The notes under the pieces are model-generated. The model saw only the letters and a program-made list of their open reading frames with translations, was not told the origin of the DNA and searched no databases. 64,000 bases of DNA from an uncultured Bacilli bacterium (GTDB lineage Bacteria > Bacillota_I > Bacilli_A > RF39 > UBA660): contig CANRAH010000003.1 of the NCBI GenBank assembly GCA_947628565.1, forward strand, positions 28,047 to 92,046, read 5' to 3'. How positions within the stretch are numbered: the first letter of the stretch is position 1; every line of letters begins with the position of its first letter. The translations under genes and the position numbers were made by a program. Below, piece after piece: positions 20,754 to 31,019 of the stretch.

Positions 20754-20906
20754 GTGAAAATTGTAAAATCAATGGCATTAATCGCAGTAGGTGCAGGAGC
20801 TGTTCTTGCATATCAAAAATATAGCGAGCCTATGATGGAAAAGTTAGAAGATATAGCAAATGATGCTATGAAAAAGGCTAATAAAAAACTAGAAGATATG
20901 ATGTAA
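20754..20906 (+). CDS. small hypothetical membrane peptide (about 45-50 aa)
   Basis: Not in the supplied track. A GTG start follows the RBS gaggtga, or an ATG at 20772 may be used. The peptide (MALIAVGAGAVLAYQKYSEPMMEKLEDIANDAMKKANKKLEDMM) is followed by a hairpin terminator. Confidence 0.3.
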   Translation: MKIVKSMALIAVGAGAVLAYQKYSEPMMEKLEDIANDAMKKANKKLEDMM

Positions 20907-20988
20907 AAGAAGCTTTTTGCTTCTTTTATTTAAATTAAATATTGTAGTAATTAAATTACTGTGTAAAAAAAACACAGTTTTTCTGTGT

Positions 20989-21696
20989 TTACTTTAAAAA
21001 AATTAATAAAATTTGACATAGCATAGTAAATCCATTATGTATAAAATGTAAGCTTATAGGAATAAATATATTATTGGATTTTGTATAACAATATGCAAAA
21101 ATCATTCCTGGAATACTGTATGGTATTATGAAAAGTAAATCTATAGTATTACTTAATGAGCCAAGTACATGCATAGAACCAAATACTAAACCGGATATCA
21201 ATATAAATAATACATTGTTATGTGCAAATATTTTTCTAAATGATAGTCTAAATACTGATTCTTCTAATATAGGTGCTATAATTACTGTAATTATAAATGT
21301 ATATATAGGTATTTTATTTAATAAGCCAACTATAGCTTGTTGATTTTCTGATACGTTTGAAGTTGTAAATGGAGTAATTATATAATTACTTAAAATAATT
21401 AAACCCAATGCGATAAACCAAAACTTAATATATTTTTTAAAATATTCTATATTATTTTTTACAAAATCCTTAAAATTTGGTATAAAATCTTTTCTATATA
21501 TATATATTATTATAAGTGTTAAAATTAATTGATATAATATCATATATATTTGTTTAAAAATAATATTTAAGTCATTGTAGTTAATTTTAAATATTCTTAA
21601 TATATCGTATGGTATTGAAGATGCAACAAGATAAAGTAAAATAACACCTATTCCAATAAGAGCATTTTTAAGATTATTATTTGTGGTCTTTTCCAT
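20989..21696 (-). CDS. CPBP/CAAX-family intramembrane metalloprotease
   Basis: Multi-TM protein with ILEESVFR, FGSMH and HFIHNG motifs. Confidence 0.7.
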   Translation of the reverse strand: MEKTTNNNLKNALIGIGVILLYLVASSIPYDILRIFKINYNDLNIIFKQIYMILYQLILTLIIIYIYRKDFIPNFKDFVKNNIEYFKKYIKFWFIALGLIILSNYIITPFTTSNVSENQQAIVGLLNKIPIYTFIITVIIAPILEESVFRLSFRKIFAHNNVLFILISGLVFGSMHVLGSLSNTIDLLFIIPYSIPGMIFAYCYTKSNNIFIPISLHFIHNGFTMLCQILLIFLK

Positions 21697-21835
21697 ATTT
21701 AAGCCTCCGATAATAATATTATATCAAAAATTTTATAAAAAGATAAAAAAAAGATGGTATTTTATTAAAGATGTGGTATAATATAGTTGCTTATAAGAGT
21801 GGTGATCCCACTCTTTAAATTAATTTGGAGGACTT

Positions 21836-22084
21836 ATGGATATAGAAAAAGAGGTAAAAAAATTAATAAAAGACAAATTAGAAGAAAAAGGATTTATATT
21901 AGATGATGTTTTATATATAAAAGAAGATGGAAATTATTACCTTAGAATAATCATAGATAAAAATGGTATTGTCGATGTAGAAGATTGTGTTGAGGCAACA
22001 AAAATAATAGATCCATTAGTAGATAAAATAGATATTAAAGATAGCTACATATTAGATGTGTGTTCAAAAGAGAAAGGATGTTGA
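21836..22084 (+). CDS. rimP: ribosome maturation factor RimP, N-terminal domain only (truncated)
   Basis: The translation matches the RimP N-terminal domain up to the conserved LDVCS (=LEVSSPG) position and then stops. The nusA RBS and start follow directly, leaving no room for the C-terminal domain. Confidence 0.6.
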   Translation: MDIEKEVKKLIKDKLEEKGFILDDVLYIKEDGNYYLRIIIDKNGIVDVEDCVEATKIIDPLVDKIDIKDSYILDVCSKEKGC

Positions 22085-22086
22085 AT

Positions 22087-23271
22087 ATGAATAGTAAAGA
22101 ATTTAAAAAAGCATTGGAATTGTTAGAAGAAAGAGGAATGGAAAAAGAATCTATTTATGAAGATATGGTGCTTGCATTAACTAGCGCATATAAAAAACAA
22201 ACTGGACTTACTAATGTCCGCGTTGAAGTAGATAAAGATAATTTAAATTTTAAATTGTTTTCATTTAAAACTGTTGTATTAGATAAAAACCATAAGGAAT
22301 CTTTAGATGAGGATCAAATACCAATGAGAGAAGAGGAAGAATTAACAGAAGAACAATTGAACGATGAAGAATTAGAAGATTTGCCTGAAGAATTTAGATA
22401 TCGTCCTTTCGTGTTTAATGATAAAATACATATTACTTTAGAAGACGCAAGAAAACTTGATCCAGATATTAAAGTTGGAGAAACTATTGAAGAAGAAGTA
22501 GATACAGATAAATTTGGACGTGTTGCCGTTTCCACTGCAAAGCAAGTAATTATACAAAAAGTAAGAGAAGCAGAAAGAAACAATATAGCATTAGAATTTG
22601 GTGAAAAAAACGATGAAATTATGTCTGGAACAGTTGAAATGGAAGATGAAAAAAATTATTACATAAATTTAGGAAGGACTCAAGGACTACTTCCAAAAAC
22701 TGAAATAATTCCAGGTGAAGAAATAAAAATGGGTTCAAATATCAAAGTTTATATAAGTAAAGTAGATATAAATTCAAAAGGAGCTTTAATTTTACTTACA
22801 CGTAAACATTATGGATTCATAAAAAGATTATTTGAACTAGAAATACCTGAAATAAGTGAAGGCGTTGTATTGATCTATAGTATAGCTAGAGATGCTGGAA
22901 ATAGAACTAAAATAGCTGTATATTCAGAAAATAGCAATGTTGATCCTATTGGAGCATGCATTGGAGAAAAGGGAAGCAGAATTTCAAATATTTTAAAAGA
23001 ATTAGGTAAAGAAAAAATAGATATAGTAAAATATTCTAAAGATCCTGTTGAATTTATACAAAATGCTCTTTCTCCTGCAAAAAATTTAAAGGTTTATATT
23101 TTGGATGAAAAAACTAAGGAAACTATGGTCGTAGTTGACAATGAAAATTTAAGTTTGGCAATTGGAAGAAAGGGTATTAATGTTAAACTTGCTAGTAGAC
23201 TTACACACTATAATTTAGAGGTAAAAACATTAGACGATGTTAAGAAAGCTGGAATAAATATTCTAGAATAG
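22087..23271 (+). CDS. nusA: transcription termination/antitermination factor NusA
   Basis: The start is taken at MNSKEF after the agaaagga RBS. It has an N-terminal domain, an S1 domain, and tandem KH domains (GACIGEKGSRI...LAIGRKGINV). Confidence 0.9.
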   Translation: MNSKEFKKALELLEERGMEKESIYEDMVLALTSAYKKQTGLTNVRVEVDKDNLNFKLFSFKTVVLDKNHKESLDEDQIPMREEEELTEEQLNDEELEDLPEEFRYRPFVFNDKIHITLEDARKLDPDIKVGETIEEEVDTDKFGRVAVSTAKQVIIQKVREAERNNIALEFGEKNDEIMSGTVEMEDEKNYYINLGRTQGLLPKTEIIPGEEIKMGSNIKVYISKVDINSKGALILLTRKHYGFIKRLFELEIPEISEGVVLIYSIARDAGNRTKIAVYSENSNVDPIGACIGEKGSRISNILKELGKEKIDIVKYSKDPVEFIQNALSPAKNLKVYILDEKTKETMVVVDNENLSLAIGRKGINVKLASRLTHYNLEVKTLDDVKKAGINILE

Positions 23272-23278
23272 GTGATTT

Positions 23279-23536
23279 ATGAAAAAAATACCAATGAGAA
23301 TGTGCATTGTATCTAGAGAAAAGCTTCCTAAGATGGAGTTAATTAGAGTAGTTAAAAATAATGAAGGAAAAGTATTTATAGATGATACTTTAAAAGCTAA
23401 TGGTAAGGGTGCATATTTAAAGAAAGATATAGATATTATTGATAAAGCTTATAAATCTAAAATATTGAACAAGGCTTTAGAAACTGAAATACCAGATGAA
23501 ATATATAATGAATTAAGGAATAAAGTAGGTGCATAA
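23279..23536 (+). CDS. ylxR: YlxR/DUF448 RNA-binding protein
   Basis: [25 protein letters not shown] is the YlxR family signature. Its position after nusA is conserved. Confidence 0.8.
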   Translation: MKKIPMRMCIVSREKLPKMELIRVVKNNEGKVFIDDTLKANGKGAYLKKDIDIIDKAYKSKILNKALETEIPDEIYNELRNKVGA

Positions 23537-23537
23537 C

Positions 23538-24017
23538 ATGAAAAGAGAAGATTATATATCTTGGGACGAATATTTTATGGGCATTGCAATTATGTCACAA
23601 AATAGAAGTAAAGATCCAAATAGCCAAGTAGGTGCTTGCATTGTAGATCCTAATAATAAAATAGTATCTTTAGGATATAATGGTGCTCCTATTGGATTTG
23701 ATGATGATAAAGATATGAAATGGTCTAGAGAAGGTGATTTTTTAGATACTAAATATGCGTATGTTTGTCATTCTGAACTTAATGCTATATTAAATTCAAA
23801 TGTGCCACTAAAAGGTTGTAAAATGTATGTAACTTTGTTTCCATGTAATGAATGTGCCAAAGCCATCATACAATCAGGTATAAAAGAAATAATATATTTA
23901 AGTGATAAGTATAATAATACAAAAGAAAATATTGCATCTAAATTAATGCTAGATAAATGTAATGTTAAATATACTTTGTATAAAAAAAGCGGCAGATTAT
24001 TGAATATTGAATTATAA
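23538..24017 (+). CDS. dCMP deaminase (CMP/dCMP deaminase zinc-binding family)
   Basis: The HSELNAI (H-x-E) and PCNECAKAI (PC-x-x-C) zinc ligands, plus WDEYFMGIA. An ATG follows a TAGGTG RBS. Confidence 0.75.
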   Translation: MKREDYISWDEYFMGIAIMSQNRSKDPNSQVGACIVDPNNKIVSLGYNGAPIGFDDDKDMKWSREGDFLDTKYAYVCHSELNAILNSNVPLKGCKMYVTLFPCNECAKAIIQSGIKEIIYLSDKYNNTKENIASKLMLDKCNVKYTLYKKSGRLLNIEL

Positions 24018-24042
24018 AACTATAAGAAAGGAGATGTTTAAT

Positions 24043-26136
24043 ATGATGAGTGTATTAGAGTATGCACAAGATGTTAATAAAACAGTAAATGAAATATTAA
24101 ACTTATGTAAAAAATTAAATATTCCAGTTAATAACGAAGATGATATGTTAAATGAAGATTATATAACAGAACTTGATAATACAATACAACTAGAAGAGGA
24201 AATTGATTTGGAATATGAAGAAGAACTTATAGAAAAAGAAAACAAAAAGCAAGAAGGAGATATAAATTTAAAACAAAAGAAACAACCACAAACGATTATT
24301 AATAAAAATAAAGTTGGTAAAAAAGAATTAGCTAAAAAGAAAAAAGAAATGTACAAAAATAAAGAAAAATTAATAAGTAATGGACCAGTTATTGATTCAA
24401 GTGTTATTACTTATAAAGAAAATATGACTATTCAAGATTTAGCTAAAGCTTTAAATGTTCAACCAAGTGAACTTATTAAAAAATTATTTATATTAGGTAT
24501 TCTTGCAACTGTTAATAATAAAATAGATTTTGATAATGCTGAATTACTTGTAAGTGAATATGGAAAGCAATTAAAAAAAGAGCAAATAATAGATGAAACT
24601 AAATTTGAAGAGTTTGAAATGACTGATAAGGAAGAAGATCTGAAAAAAAGACCACCAGTTGTTACAATTATGGGACACGTCGACCATGGGAAAACAACAC
24701 TACTTGATACTATAAGAAAAACTCATGTAGCTGATAAAGAAGCTGGAGGAATAACGCAGGCTATAAGTGCATATCAAGTAAATGTTAAAGGAGAAACTAT
24801 AACATTTATAGATACACCAGGACATGCTGCATTTACTCAGATGCGTGCAAGAGGTGCTAGTATTACTGATATAGTTATAATAATTGTTGCAGCAGATGAT
24901 GGAGTTATGCCTCAAACTAAAGAGGCTATAGATCATGCCAAGGCAGCAAATGTTCCAATATTAGTAGCTATCAATAAAATTGATAAACCAGGTGCTAATA
25001 TTGAAAAGGTTATGAGTGAATTATCTGATTATGGACTTACACCAGATTCATGGGGTGGAGATACAATTTATACAAATATAAGTGCAAAAAATGGCACAGG
25101 TATAGATGAATTATTAGATAATATTATTTTAGTAGCTGAAATGCAAGACTATAAGGCAAATCCATCAAGATATGCAAGTGGTAGTGTAGTTGAGGCAAGG
25201 CTTGATAAACATGTTGGCCCAATTGTTACAGTACTTGTACAAAATGGTACATTACGTTTAGGAGATCCTATAGTAGTTGGTACAAGTTATGGTAAAGTTA
25301 GAACATTAAAAAACGATAAAGGTGAGGAAATAATGATGGCTTTACCTAGTCAACCAGTTGAAATAACAGGACTAAATGATACACCTCAAGCTGGAGATAA
25401 ATTTATGGCTTTTGAATCAGAAAAACAAGCAAGAAGCATAGGTGAAGCAAGGAAAACAGAGGAACATTTAAAACAAAATACTAAAAGTGCTGTAACTTTA
25501 GAAGATATTTTTGCTAAAATTCAAGAAGGAACAAAAGAAATAAATGTAATAATAAAGGCTGATGTAAATGGTTCACAAGAAGCTGTAAAAAGTTCTTTAG
25601 AGAAAATAAATGTGGAAGGTGTTAAAGTTAAAGTAATTAGAAGTGGTGTTGGTGCAATTACTGAAAGTGATATCGTTCTTGCCAGTGCTTCTAATGCAAT
25701 AATAATAGGCTTTAATATAAGACCAAATAATTCCATTAGAGATTATGCAAAAGATCATGGTGTAGAAATTAGATTATACGACATAATTTATAAAGCAGTA
25801 GAAGAGATGGAAGCAGCTATGAAAGGTATGCTTGATCCTGAATATGAAGAAAAAATAATAGGAACTGTAGAAGTAAGACAATTATTTAAATTTTCTAAAG
25901 TAGGAACTATTGCTGGTAGTTATGTAACTGATGGTATTATAAAATCCAATTCTAAAGTTCGTATTATACGTGATAGTGCGGTTATATACGATGGTGAAGT
26001 AAACTCTATACAAAGGGAAAAGGAAAGTGTCAAAGAAGTAAAAAAAGGATTAGAATGTGGTATTACTATAGTTAATTTTAACGATATAAAACAAGGCGAT
26101 ATAATTGAAGCCTATGAAATGGTAGAGAAAAAATAA
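24043..26136 (+). CDS. infB: translation initiation factor IF-2
   Basis: The G domain carries [20 protein letters not shown] and NKID. The C-terminal beta-barrel domains are present. The start is placed at the ATG after the AGGAG RBS. Confidence 0.9.
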   Translation: MMSVLEYAQDVNKTVNEILNLCKKLNIPVNNEDDMLNEDYITELDNTIQLEEEIDLEYEEELIEKENKKQEGDINLKQKKQPQTIINKNKVGKKELAKKKKEMYKNKEKLISNGPVIDSSVITYKENMTIQDLAKALNVQPSELIKKLFILGILATVNNKIDFDNAELLVSEYGKQLKKEQIIDETKFEEFEMTDKEEDLKKRPPVVTIMGHVDHGKTTLLDTIRKTHVADKEAGGITQAISAYQVNVKGETITFIDTPGHAAFTQMRARGASITDIVIIIVAADDGVMPQTKEAIDHAKAANVPILVAINKIDKPGANIEKVMSELSDYGLTPDSWGGDTIYTNISAKNGTGIDELLDNIILVAEMQDYKANPSRYASGSVVEARLDKHVGPIVTVLVQNGTLRLGDPIVVGTSYGKVRTLKNDKGEEIMMALPSQPVEITGLNDTPQAGDKFMAFESEKQARSIGEARKTEEHLKQNTKSAVTLEDIFAKIQEGTKEINVIIKADVNGSQEAVKSSLEKINVEGVKVKVIRSGVGAITESDIVLASASNAIIIGFNIRPNNSIRDYAKDHGVEIRLYDIIYKAVEEMEAAMKGMLDPEYEEKIIGTVEVRQLFKFSKVGTIAGSYVTDGIIKSNSKVRIIRDSAVIYDGEVNSIQREKESVKEVKKGLECGITIVNFNDIKQGDIIEAYEMVEKK

Positions 26137-26474
26137 TGTCTATAAAAAATGAAAAAATTAATAGTAATATTTTAAGAGAAATTAGCTATATTATAGCTAA
26201 TGAAATAAAGGATCCTGATATTAATTTTGTAACTATAACGGATGTTGATACAACTTCTGATTTAAGTTATTGTAAAATATACTTTACGACTCTTGATGAT
26301 GAAAAATTAACGTTAAAAGCTTTAAAAAACGCTAAGGGCTTTATACGTAGGGAACTTGCAAATAGAGTTGAATTAAGACATGTGCCAGAATTAGAATTTA
26401 TATATGATACATCAATTGAGTATGGTAAGAAAATAGAAGAAAAAATTAAAGAACTAAACGAAGGAAACAATTAG
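26136..26474 (+). CDS. rbfA: ribosome-binding factor A
   Basis: About 112 aa, translationally coupled to infB, with an RbfA-like core (REISYIIANEIKDPDI..VTITDVDTTSDLSYCKIYFT). Confidence 0.85.
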   Translation: MSIKNEKINSNILREISYIIANEIKDPDINFVTITDVDTTSDLSYCKIYFTTLDDEKLTLKALKNAKGFIRRELANRVELRHVPELEFIYDTSIEYGKKIEEKIKELNEGNN

Positions 26475-26513
26475 TTTCATTAAAAAAAGAAGAATAGAAA
26501 TTTATCTATTCTT

Positions 26514-27395
26514 TTAATTTGCTTCCATATATATTTTTTTATCATAATTATGTTCAAATTTATCTAAATTTTGTAATTCTTCAGTTGTAATCATAAAAAA
26601 GTTATGAAGTAAATATTGATTTCCATCACTTGCAACAGGGTCATCCCAAGTAGCATCCAAATGATACCATTTATCATTTAATTTAATTAAATTCCAAATA
26701 TGATTTTCGGATGTAATTTTATAATTCTGTATACCTAAATAATTTAAATATATTGACATAATATCGCTATATCCTCCACATATTGCTTTACCTGTTTTAA
26801 TTAAAGTATAAGCTGTATGTGAAGCACTATTTTTATCCTCATCATAAATTGTATTATTTATAATGTAGTTATGAAATAGTTTTATTTTATCATAGTCTTC
26901 CATAGTATCACTAATATTATTATTTATGAAATCTACTATATAATCGTTAATATAAGATATTTGCTTTTCTGTATATACTTTGTTAACTATGACATTGATA
27001 TTATTATTTGACATAATATTAATGTTAATTGTTTCAAAAGAATTATAAGGATGAACAAAGTTATTTATATTTGCAATTATATTTGTATTATAAATTAAAT
27101 TTTTTACATCATTAATGCAAGTTTCATAATCACAATGAAATGAATAACTATCATCACCGCTATTTATAATACTATAAAACATATTCAAAGCTTCTTGATA
27201 ACTTTTTACAGAATTACTTTCTGCATTTTGAACGTATAAATAATCGTAATCAAGATAATATTCATTATATGTTAAAACAGAATTACTTCCACCATGTATA
27301 ACATTATTTAAAATAAAATTAGAAATATTCCCTCTAAATAAATAGACTACTATTACTAGACCAACCATAAAAACAATTTTTAATAAATCTTTCAT
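26514..27395 (-). CDS. transglutaminase-like cysteine protease-fold protein, membrane anchored
   Basis: N-terminal TM segment. Catalytic-triad-like GKAICGGYS (Cys), HIWN (His) and HLDATWDD (Asp). Confidence 0.6.
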   Translation of the reverse strand: MKDLLKIVFMVGLVIVVYLFRGNISNFILNNVIHGGSNSVLTYNEYYLDYDYLYVQNAESNSVKSYQEALNMFYSIINSGDDSYSFHCDYETCINDVKNLIYNTNIIANINNFVHPYNSFETININIMSNNNINVIVNKVYTEKQISYINDYIVDFINNNISDTMEDYDKIKLFHNYIINNTIYDEDKNSASHTAYTLIKTGKAICGGYSDIMSIYLNYLGIQNYKITSENHIWNLIKLNDKWYHLDATWDDPVASDGNQYLLHNFFMITTEELQNLDKFEHNYDKKIYMEAN

Positions 27396-27495
27396 AGTAT
27401 CACCAATTTCATTATAACATATACTATAGTTTATTCTCAAGCATAAAACTTAATTCTATTAAAACTTTACACTCGATAAAAAAAGAAGTAAAAAT

Positions 27496-27756
27496 TTACT
27501 CCATTGAATTTACTTTTTTACTTAATCTAGATTTATTTCTAGCACTTGTGTTTTTTGATGTTACTTTTTTAGCAGTAGCTTTATCTATAGCTTTTATAGC
27601 TATTTTTAATTTGTCATTAGCTTTTTCTTTATCTTTTGAAGCAACAGCTCTTTCAACATTTTTAATAGCAGTTTTCATGCTGGCTTCAAATTCATTATTA
27701 GTTTTTTCCTTTTTAATATTAACTAATACTCTTTTTTTCGCATTTTTCAAATTTGG
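27496..27756 (-). CDS. rpsT: 30S ribosomal protein S20
   Basis: MPNLKNAKKRVLVN..., basic, about 87 aa. Typical S20 sequence. Confidence 0.85.
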   Translation of the reverse strand, partial: PNLKNAKKRVLVNIKKEKTNNEFEASMKTAIKNVERAVASKDKEKANDKLKIAIKAIDKATAKKVTSKNTSARNKSRLSKKVNSME

Positions 27757-27857
27757 CATAAGTTCACCTCCAAGCCACATATACACATATTTTAGCAAAA
27801 AAACTGTAAAAATGCAATAAAATTAACAAAATTGTTAAAAATATTATTGGTGATAAT

Positions 27858-28874
27858 ATGAATAAAGAAGTAGATATGAGTAAATATCAAATAAGAACCG
27901 ATTTAGCCTTAGATTGTGTAGAAGAAAAAGTAAAACTAAAAGGTGTTTCTCATAAAACCGATATTATAAATGGTATTAAGGTTACAAGTGTTAAGTTAGA
28001 AAACATAAATGAATTAAACAAAAAGAAAGGAAAGTATATAACACTAGAATTTGAAGATGTTACAGATGCGAAAAATAGAGATAAAATAATAAAAACTCTT
28101 ACTCAAGTACTTAAAAAAATGTTGAATTTAAGCGCTGATTCATATGGCCTAATTGTAGGGTTAGGTAATGATAAATCAACTCCAGATTGTTTAGGTCCTA
28201 AAGTGATAAGTGACATAATAGTTACAAATCATTTATATTTATTAGATGAACTTAGTAGTAATTATAAAAGAGTAAGTGCGTTTAGTCCAGGTGTAATGGG
28301 AGAAACAGGAATAGAGACAAGTGATATAATAGAATCTATAGTAAAAAAAATAAAACCGGATTACTTAATTGTTATAGATTCTCTTGCAAGTAAATCGATA
28401 GAAAGATTAAATAAAACAATACAAATAACCGATACAGGTATACAACCGGGAAGCGGAATAGGAAATAAACGAAAAGAAATAAGCTATGATACACTTAAAA
28501 TACCAGTTATAGCTATAGGTGTTCCAACAGTAGTTGATGCAACAGTTATAGTATCAAATACTATAAACTTTATTTATAAAAATTATGCATTTAATAAAGA
28601 ATATATGAATGATCCAAAGAGTAAATTAACTTTCAATAATGTTAATTATTTAAAAAAAAATATAAAAGAAAATCTTAATGATAAAAGGGAATTATTAGGA
28701 TTAGTTGGAACTTTAAATGAAATGGAACTTGAAAAACTTATATATGAAGTGTTAAATCCTATAGGTTATAATTTAATGGTTACTCCTAAAGAGGTAGATT
28801 TTATAATACAAAAATTGTCGGATATTATATCGATATCAATAAATAAATCAATACATGATATTGACAAAATATGA
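27858..28874 (+). CDS. gpr: germination protease GPR (spore endopeptidase)
   Basis: YQIRTDLALDCVEE at the N-terminus, plus the conserved GPR core (PDYLIVIDSLAS, ITDTGIQPGSGIGN). Confidence 0.8.
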   Translation: MNKEVDMSKYQIRTDLALDCVEEKVKLKGVSHKTDIINGIKVTSVKLENINELNKKKGKYITLEFEDVTDAKNRDKIIKTLTQVLKKMLNLSADSYGLIVGLGNDKSTPDCLGPKVISDIIVTNHLYLLDELSSNYKRVSAFSPGVMGETGIETSDIIESIVKKIKPDYLIVIDSLASKSIERLNKTIQITDTGIQPGSGIGNKRKEISYDTLKIPVIAIGVPTVVDATVIVSNTINFIYKNYAFNKEYMNDPKSKLTFNNVNYLKKNIKENLNDKRELLGLVGTLNEMELEKLIYEVLNPIGYNLMVTPKEVDFIIQKLSDIISISINKSIHDIDKI

Positions 28875-28922
28875 TAAAATGTGTTATATTTATACCGTAG
28901 GAAGAGGTAAGGTGGTGAAAAA

Positions 28923-29330
28923 ATGAAAAATAAAGGTTTTACATTAATAGAATTATTAGCTGTTATCGTTATTTTAGCAATCATCGCTTTAATTGCAACA
29001 CCAATCATTTTAGGAATTATTAATCAATCTAGAATAGGAGCTGCTGAGGCAAGTGCCACTGCAATTATAAAAGCAGTTGGTGATGCATATGGACAAGCTG
29101 TACTTGCAGCAAATGGAGATTTGCCAACACTAGAGGGTGTTGCTGCAAAATTCAAAATGGATAATGCAAAAATGAATGCTTCAGAAAAAACAATTACAAC
29201 AGAGGGATTACCTATAACTTGTACAATTACAACAGATAGTCAAATTTTAAAAGCAAGTTGTGCTGTTACTGACGGAAAAACTTTTAAAACAGATGATGAT
29301 GCAAATATGAAGCTTAAAGCTGGAGAATAA
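28923..29330 (+). CDS. type IV pilin / pseudopilin (prepilin-type N-terminal cleavage-methylation domain)
   Basis: MKNKGFTLIELLAVIVILAIIALIA is a class III signal (G|FTLIEL) followed by a hydrophobic helix. 135 aa. Confidence 0.7.
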   Translation: MKNKGFTLIELLAVIVILAIIALIATPIILGIINQSRIGAAEASATAIIKAVGDAYGQAVLAANGDLPTLEGVAAKFKMDNAKMNASEKTITTEGLPITCTITTDSQILKASCAVTDGKTFKTDDDANMKLKAGE

Positions 29331-29340
29331 AATATAAATT

Positions 29341-29367
29341 AAAAACTCAAACTTGAGTTTTTTTTTT
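29341..29367 (+). terminator. rho-independent terminator after the pilin gene
   Basis: AAAAACTCAAACTTGAGTTTTTTTTTT forms a hairpin followed by a T-run. Confidence 0.6.
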
Positions 29368-29401
29368 CTTAATGATATAATAAGCTTCACGAGGTGGTAT
29401 T

Positions 29402-30715
29402 ATGAGTAAGCCAACAGTTGCACTTATAGGAAGACCAAATGTAGGTAAAAGTACTATATTTAATAAAATGGTAGGTAAAAAAGTTTCCATAATAGAAGAT
29501 ACACCTGGTGTCACAAGAGATAGAATTTATGGTAATGTTAATTATAAAGATTATAAATTTTTTTTGATTGATACTGGTGGAATAGAACTTGGTAAACAAA
29601 ATTTTAATAATGAAATAAAGATGCAAGCAAGTCTTGCAATAGATGAAGCTGATATAGTAGTTTTTGTCGTTGATGGAAAAGAAGGTTTAACCAGTGATGA
29701 TTTCTTAGTTAGGGATATGTTACAAAAAGTATCCGATAAAGTTATTGTAGCTATTAATAAATGTGATAGCAAAAAAATAAAAGAGACAGAATATGATTTT
29801 TACGAGTTAGGGTTCCCATCTTTAGTTAAAGTAAGTGGTGAACAAGGTGATGGTATTTATGATTTGCTTGATTTAATAACTCAAAAATTTCCTAAATATG
29901 TAGATGAAAATGATGATACAAGTATTAAGTTCTCTATAATAGGAAGACCAAATGTAGGTAAAAGTAGTTTGGTTAATGCTATTTTAAATGAGGATAGAGT
30001 AATTGTATCTGATGTAGCTGGTACAACTCGTGATGCTATAGATACAGAATTTAATTATAATAATGAAAAATATGTTGTAATAGATACAGCTGGTATGAGA
30101 AAAAAGGGCAAAATATATGAAAATATAGAAAAGTATAGTTTACTTAGAAGCCTAAAAGCAATAGATAGATCTGATGTATGTGTAATTGTAATAGATGCTA
30201 AAGATGGTATTAAGGAGCACGATAAACATATAGTTGGATATGCTATAGATGCACTAAAAGCTATTGTATTAGTAATTAACAAATGGGATTTAATAGAAGA
30301 TAAAGAATCAGCTATGAAAAAATGGAAAAAAGATATAGAAGCTAATTTTTCATTTATACCATATGCGAAAGTAGTATTTTTAAGTGCTAAAACAAAAAGT
30401 AGGATACATACATTGATGCCTGAAATATTAAATGCATATGCAAATACTAAGAAAGAAATAAAGACAAGTTTACTTAACGATGTAATAATGGATGCTTATG
30501 AACTTAATTTACCTCCTACTTATAAAGGAAAGAGATTAAAAATTTATTTTGCTAGTCAAGTTAAAAGTAAGCCTCCAACATTCAATATTCAAGTAAATAG
30601 TAAAACTCTTGTTCATTTTTCATATTATAGATATTTAGAAAATAAAATAAGAGAATCCTTTGATTTTAGTGGCACGCCAATAGTTATTAATTTTAAAGGA
30701 AAAGGAGAATTATAA
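29402..30715 (+). CDS. der: ribosome-associated GTPase Der/EngA
   Basis: Two tandem GTPase domains (GRPNVGKST x2, DTGG/DTAG, NKCD/NKWD) plus a C-terminal KH-like domain. Confidence 0.9.
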   Translation: MSKPTVALIGRPNVGKSTIFNKMVGKKVSIIEDTPGVTRDRIYGNVNYKDYKFFLIDTGGIELGKQNFNNEIKMQASLAIDEADIVVFVVDGKEGLTSDDFLVRDMLQKVSDKVIVAINKCDSKKIKETEYDFYELGFPSLVKVSGEQGDGIYDLLDLITQKFPKYVDENDDTSIKFSIIGRPNVGKSSLVNAILNEDRVIVSDVAGTTRDAIDTEFNYNNEKYVVIDTAGMRKKGKIYENIEKYSLLRSLKAIDRSDVCVIVIDAKDGIKEHDKHIVGYAIDALKAIVLVINKWDLIEDKESAMKKWKKDIEANFSFIPYAKVVFLSAKTKSRIHTLMPEILNAYANTKKEIKTSLLNDVIMDAYELNLPPTYKGKRLKIYFASQVKSKPPTFNIQVNSKTLVHFSYYRYLENKIRESFDFSGTPIVINFKGKGEL

Positions 30716-30776
30716 ACTATTAAATAGACTGTTAACCAAATTTTACCTCTTACATAAACTAATGTAGGAGGTTTTT

Positions 30777-31019
30777 ATGGCTTTTTCAGATTCATTTTTC
30801 AATAGGGTAGAAAAGAAAACAAATGTTGGAAAAGAAACAATTTTAGATTTAGCAAAAAAATTACAGCAAAATGATTTAAAAAATGAGGGAACTTTAAGAG
30901 AAGTTATTCAAACTTTAAGTAAGATGACAGGAAGAGATGTATCAAAGGAGCAAGAAGATAAAATAATAAATGCTGTAGTAAATGATAAAGTTCCTAAAGA
31001 TATAGATAAATTAATTTAA
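30777..31019 (+). CDS. SpoVIF-like (stage VI sporulation protein F family) small protein
   Basis: FFNRVEKKTNV...LQQNDLKNEGTLREVIQ...VSKEQEDKIINAVVN resembles SpoVIF/YjcC. Followed by the hairpin terminator AATTGACgttaaGTCAATTTTTT at 31019-31045. Confidence 0.45.
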   Translation: MAFSDSFFNRVEKKTNVGKETILDLAKKLQQNDLKNEGTLREVIQTLSKMTGRDVSKEQEDKIINAVVNDKVPKDIDKLI

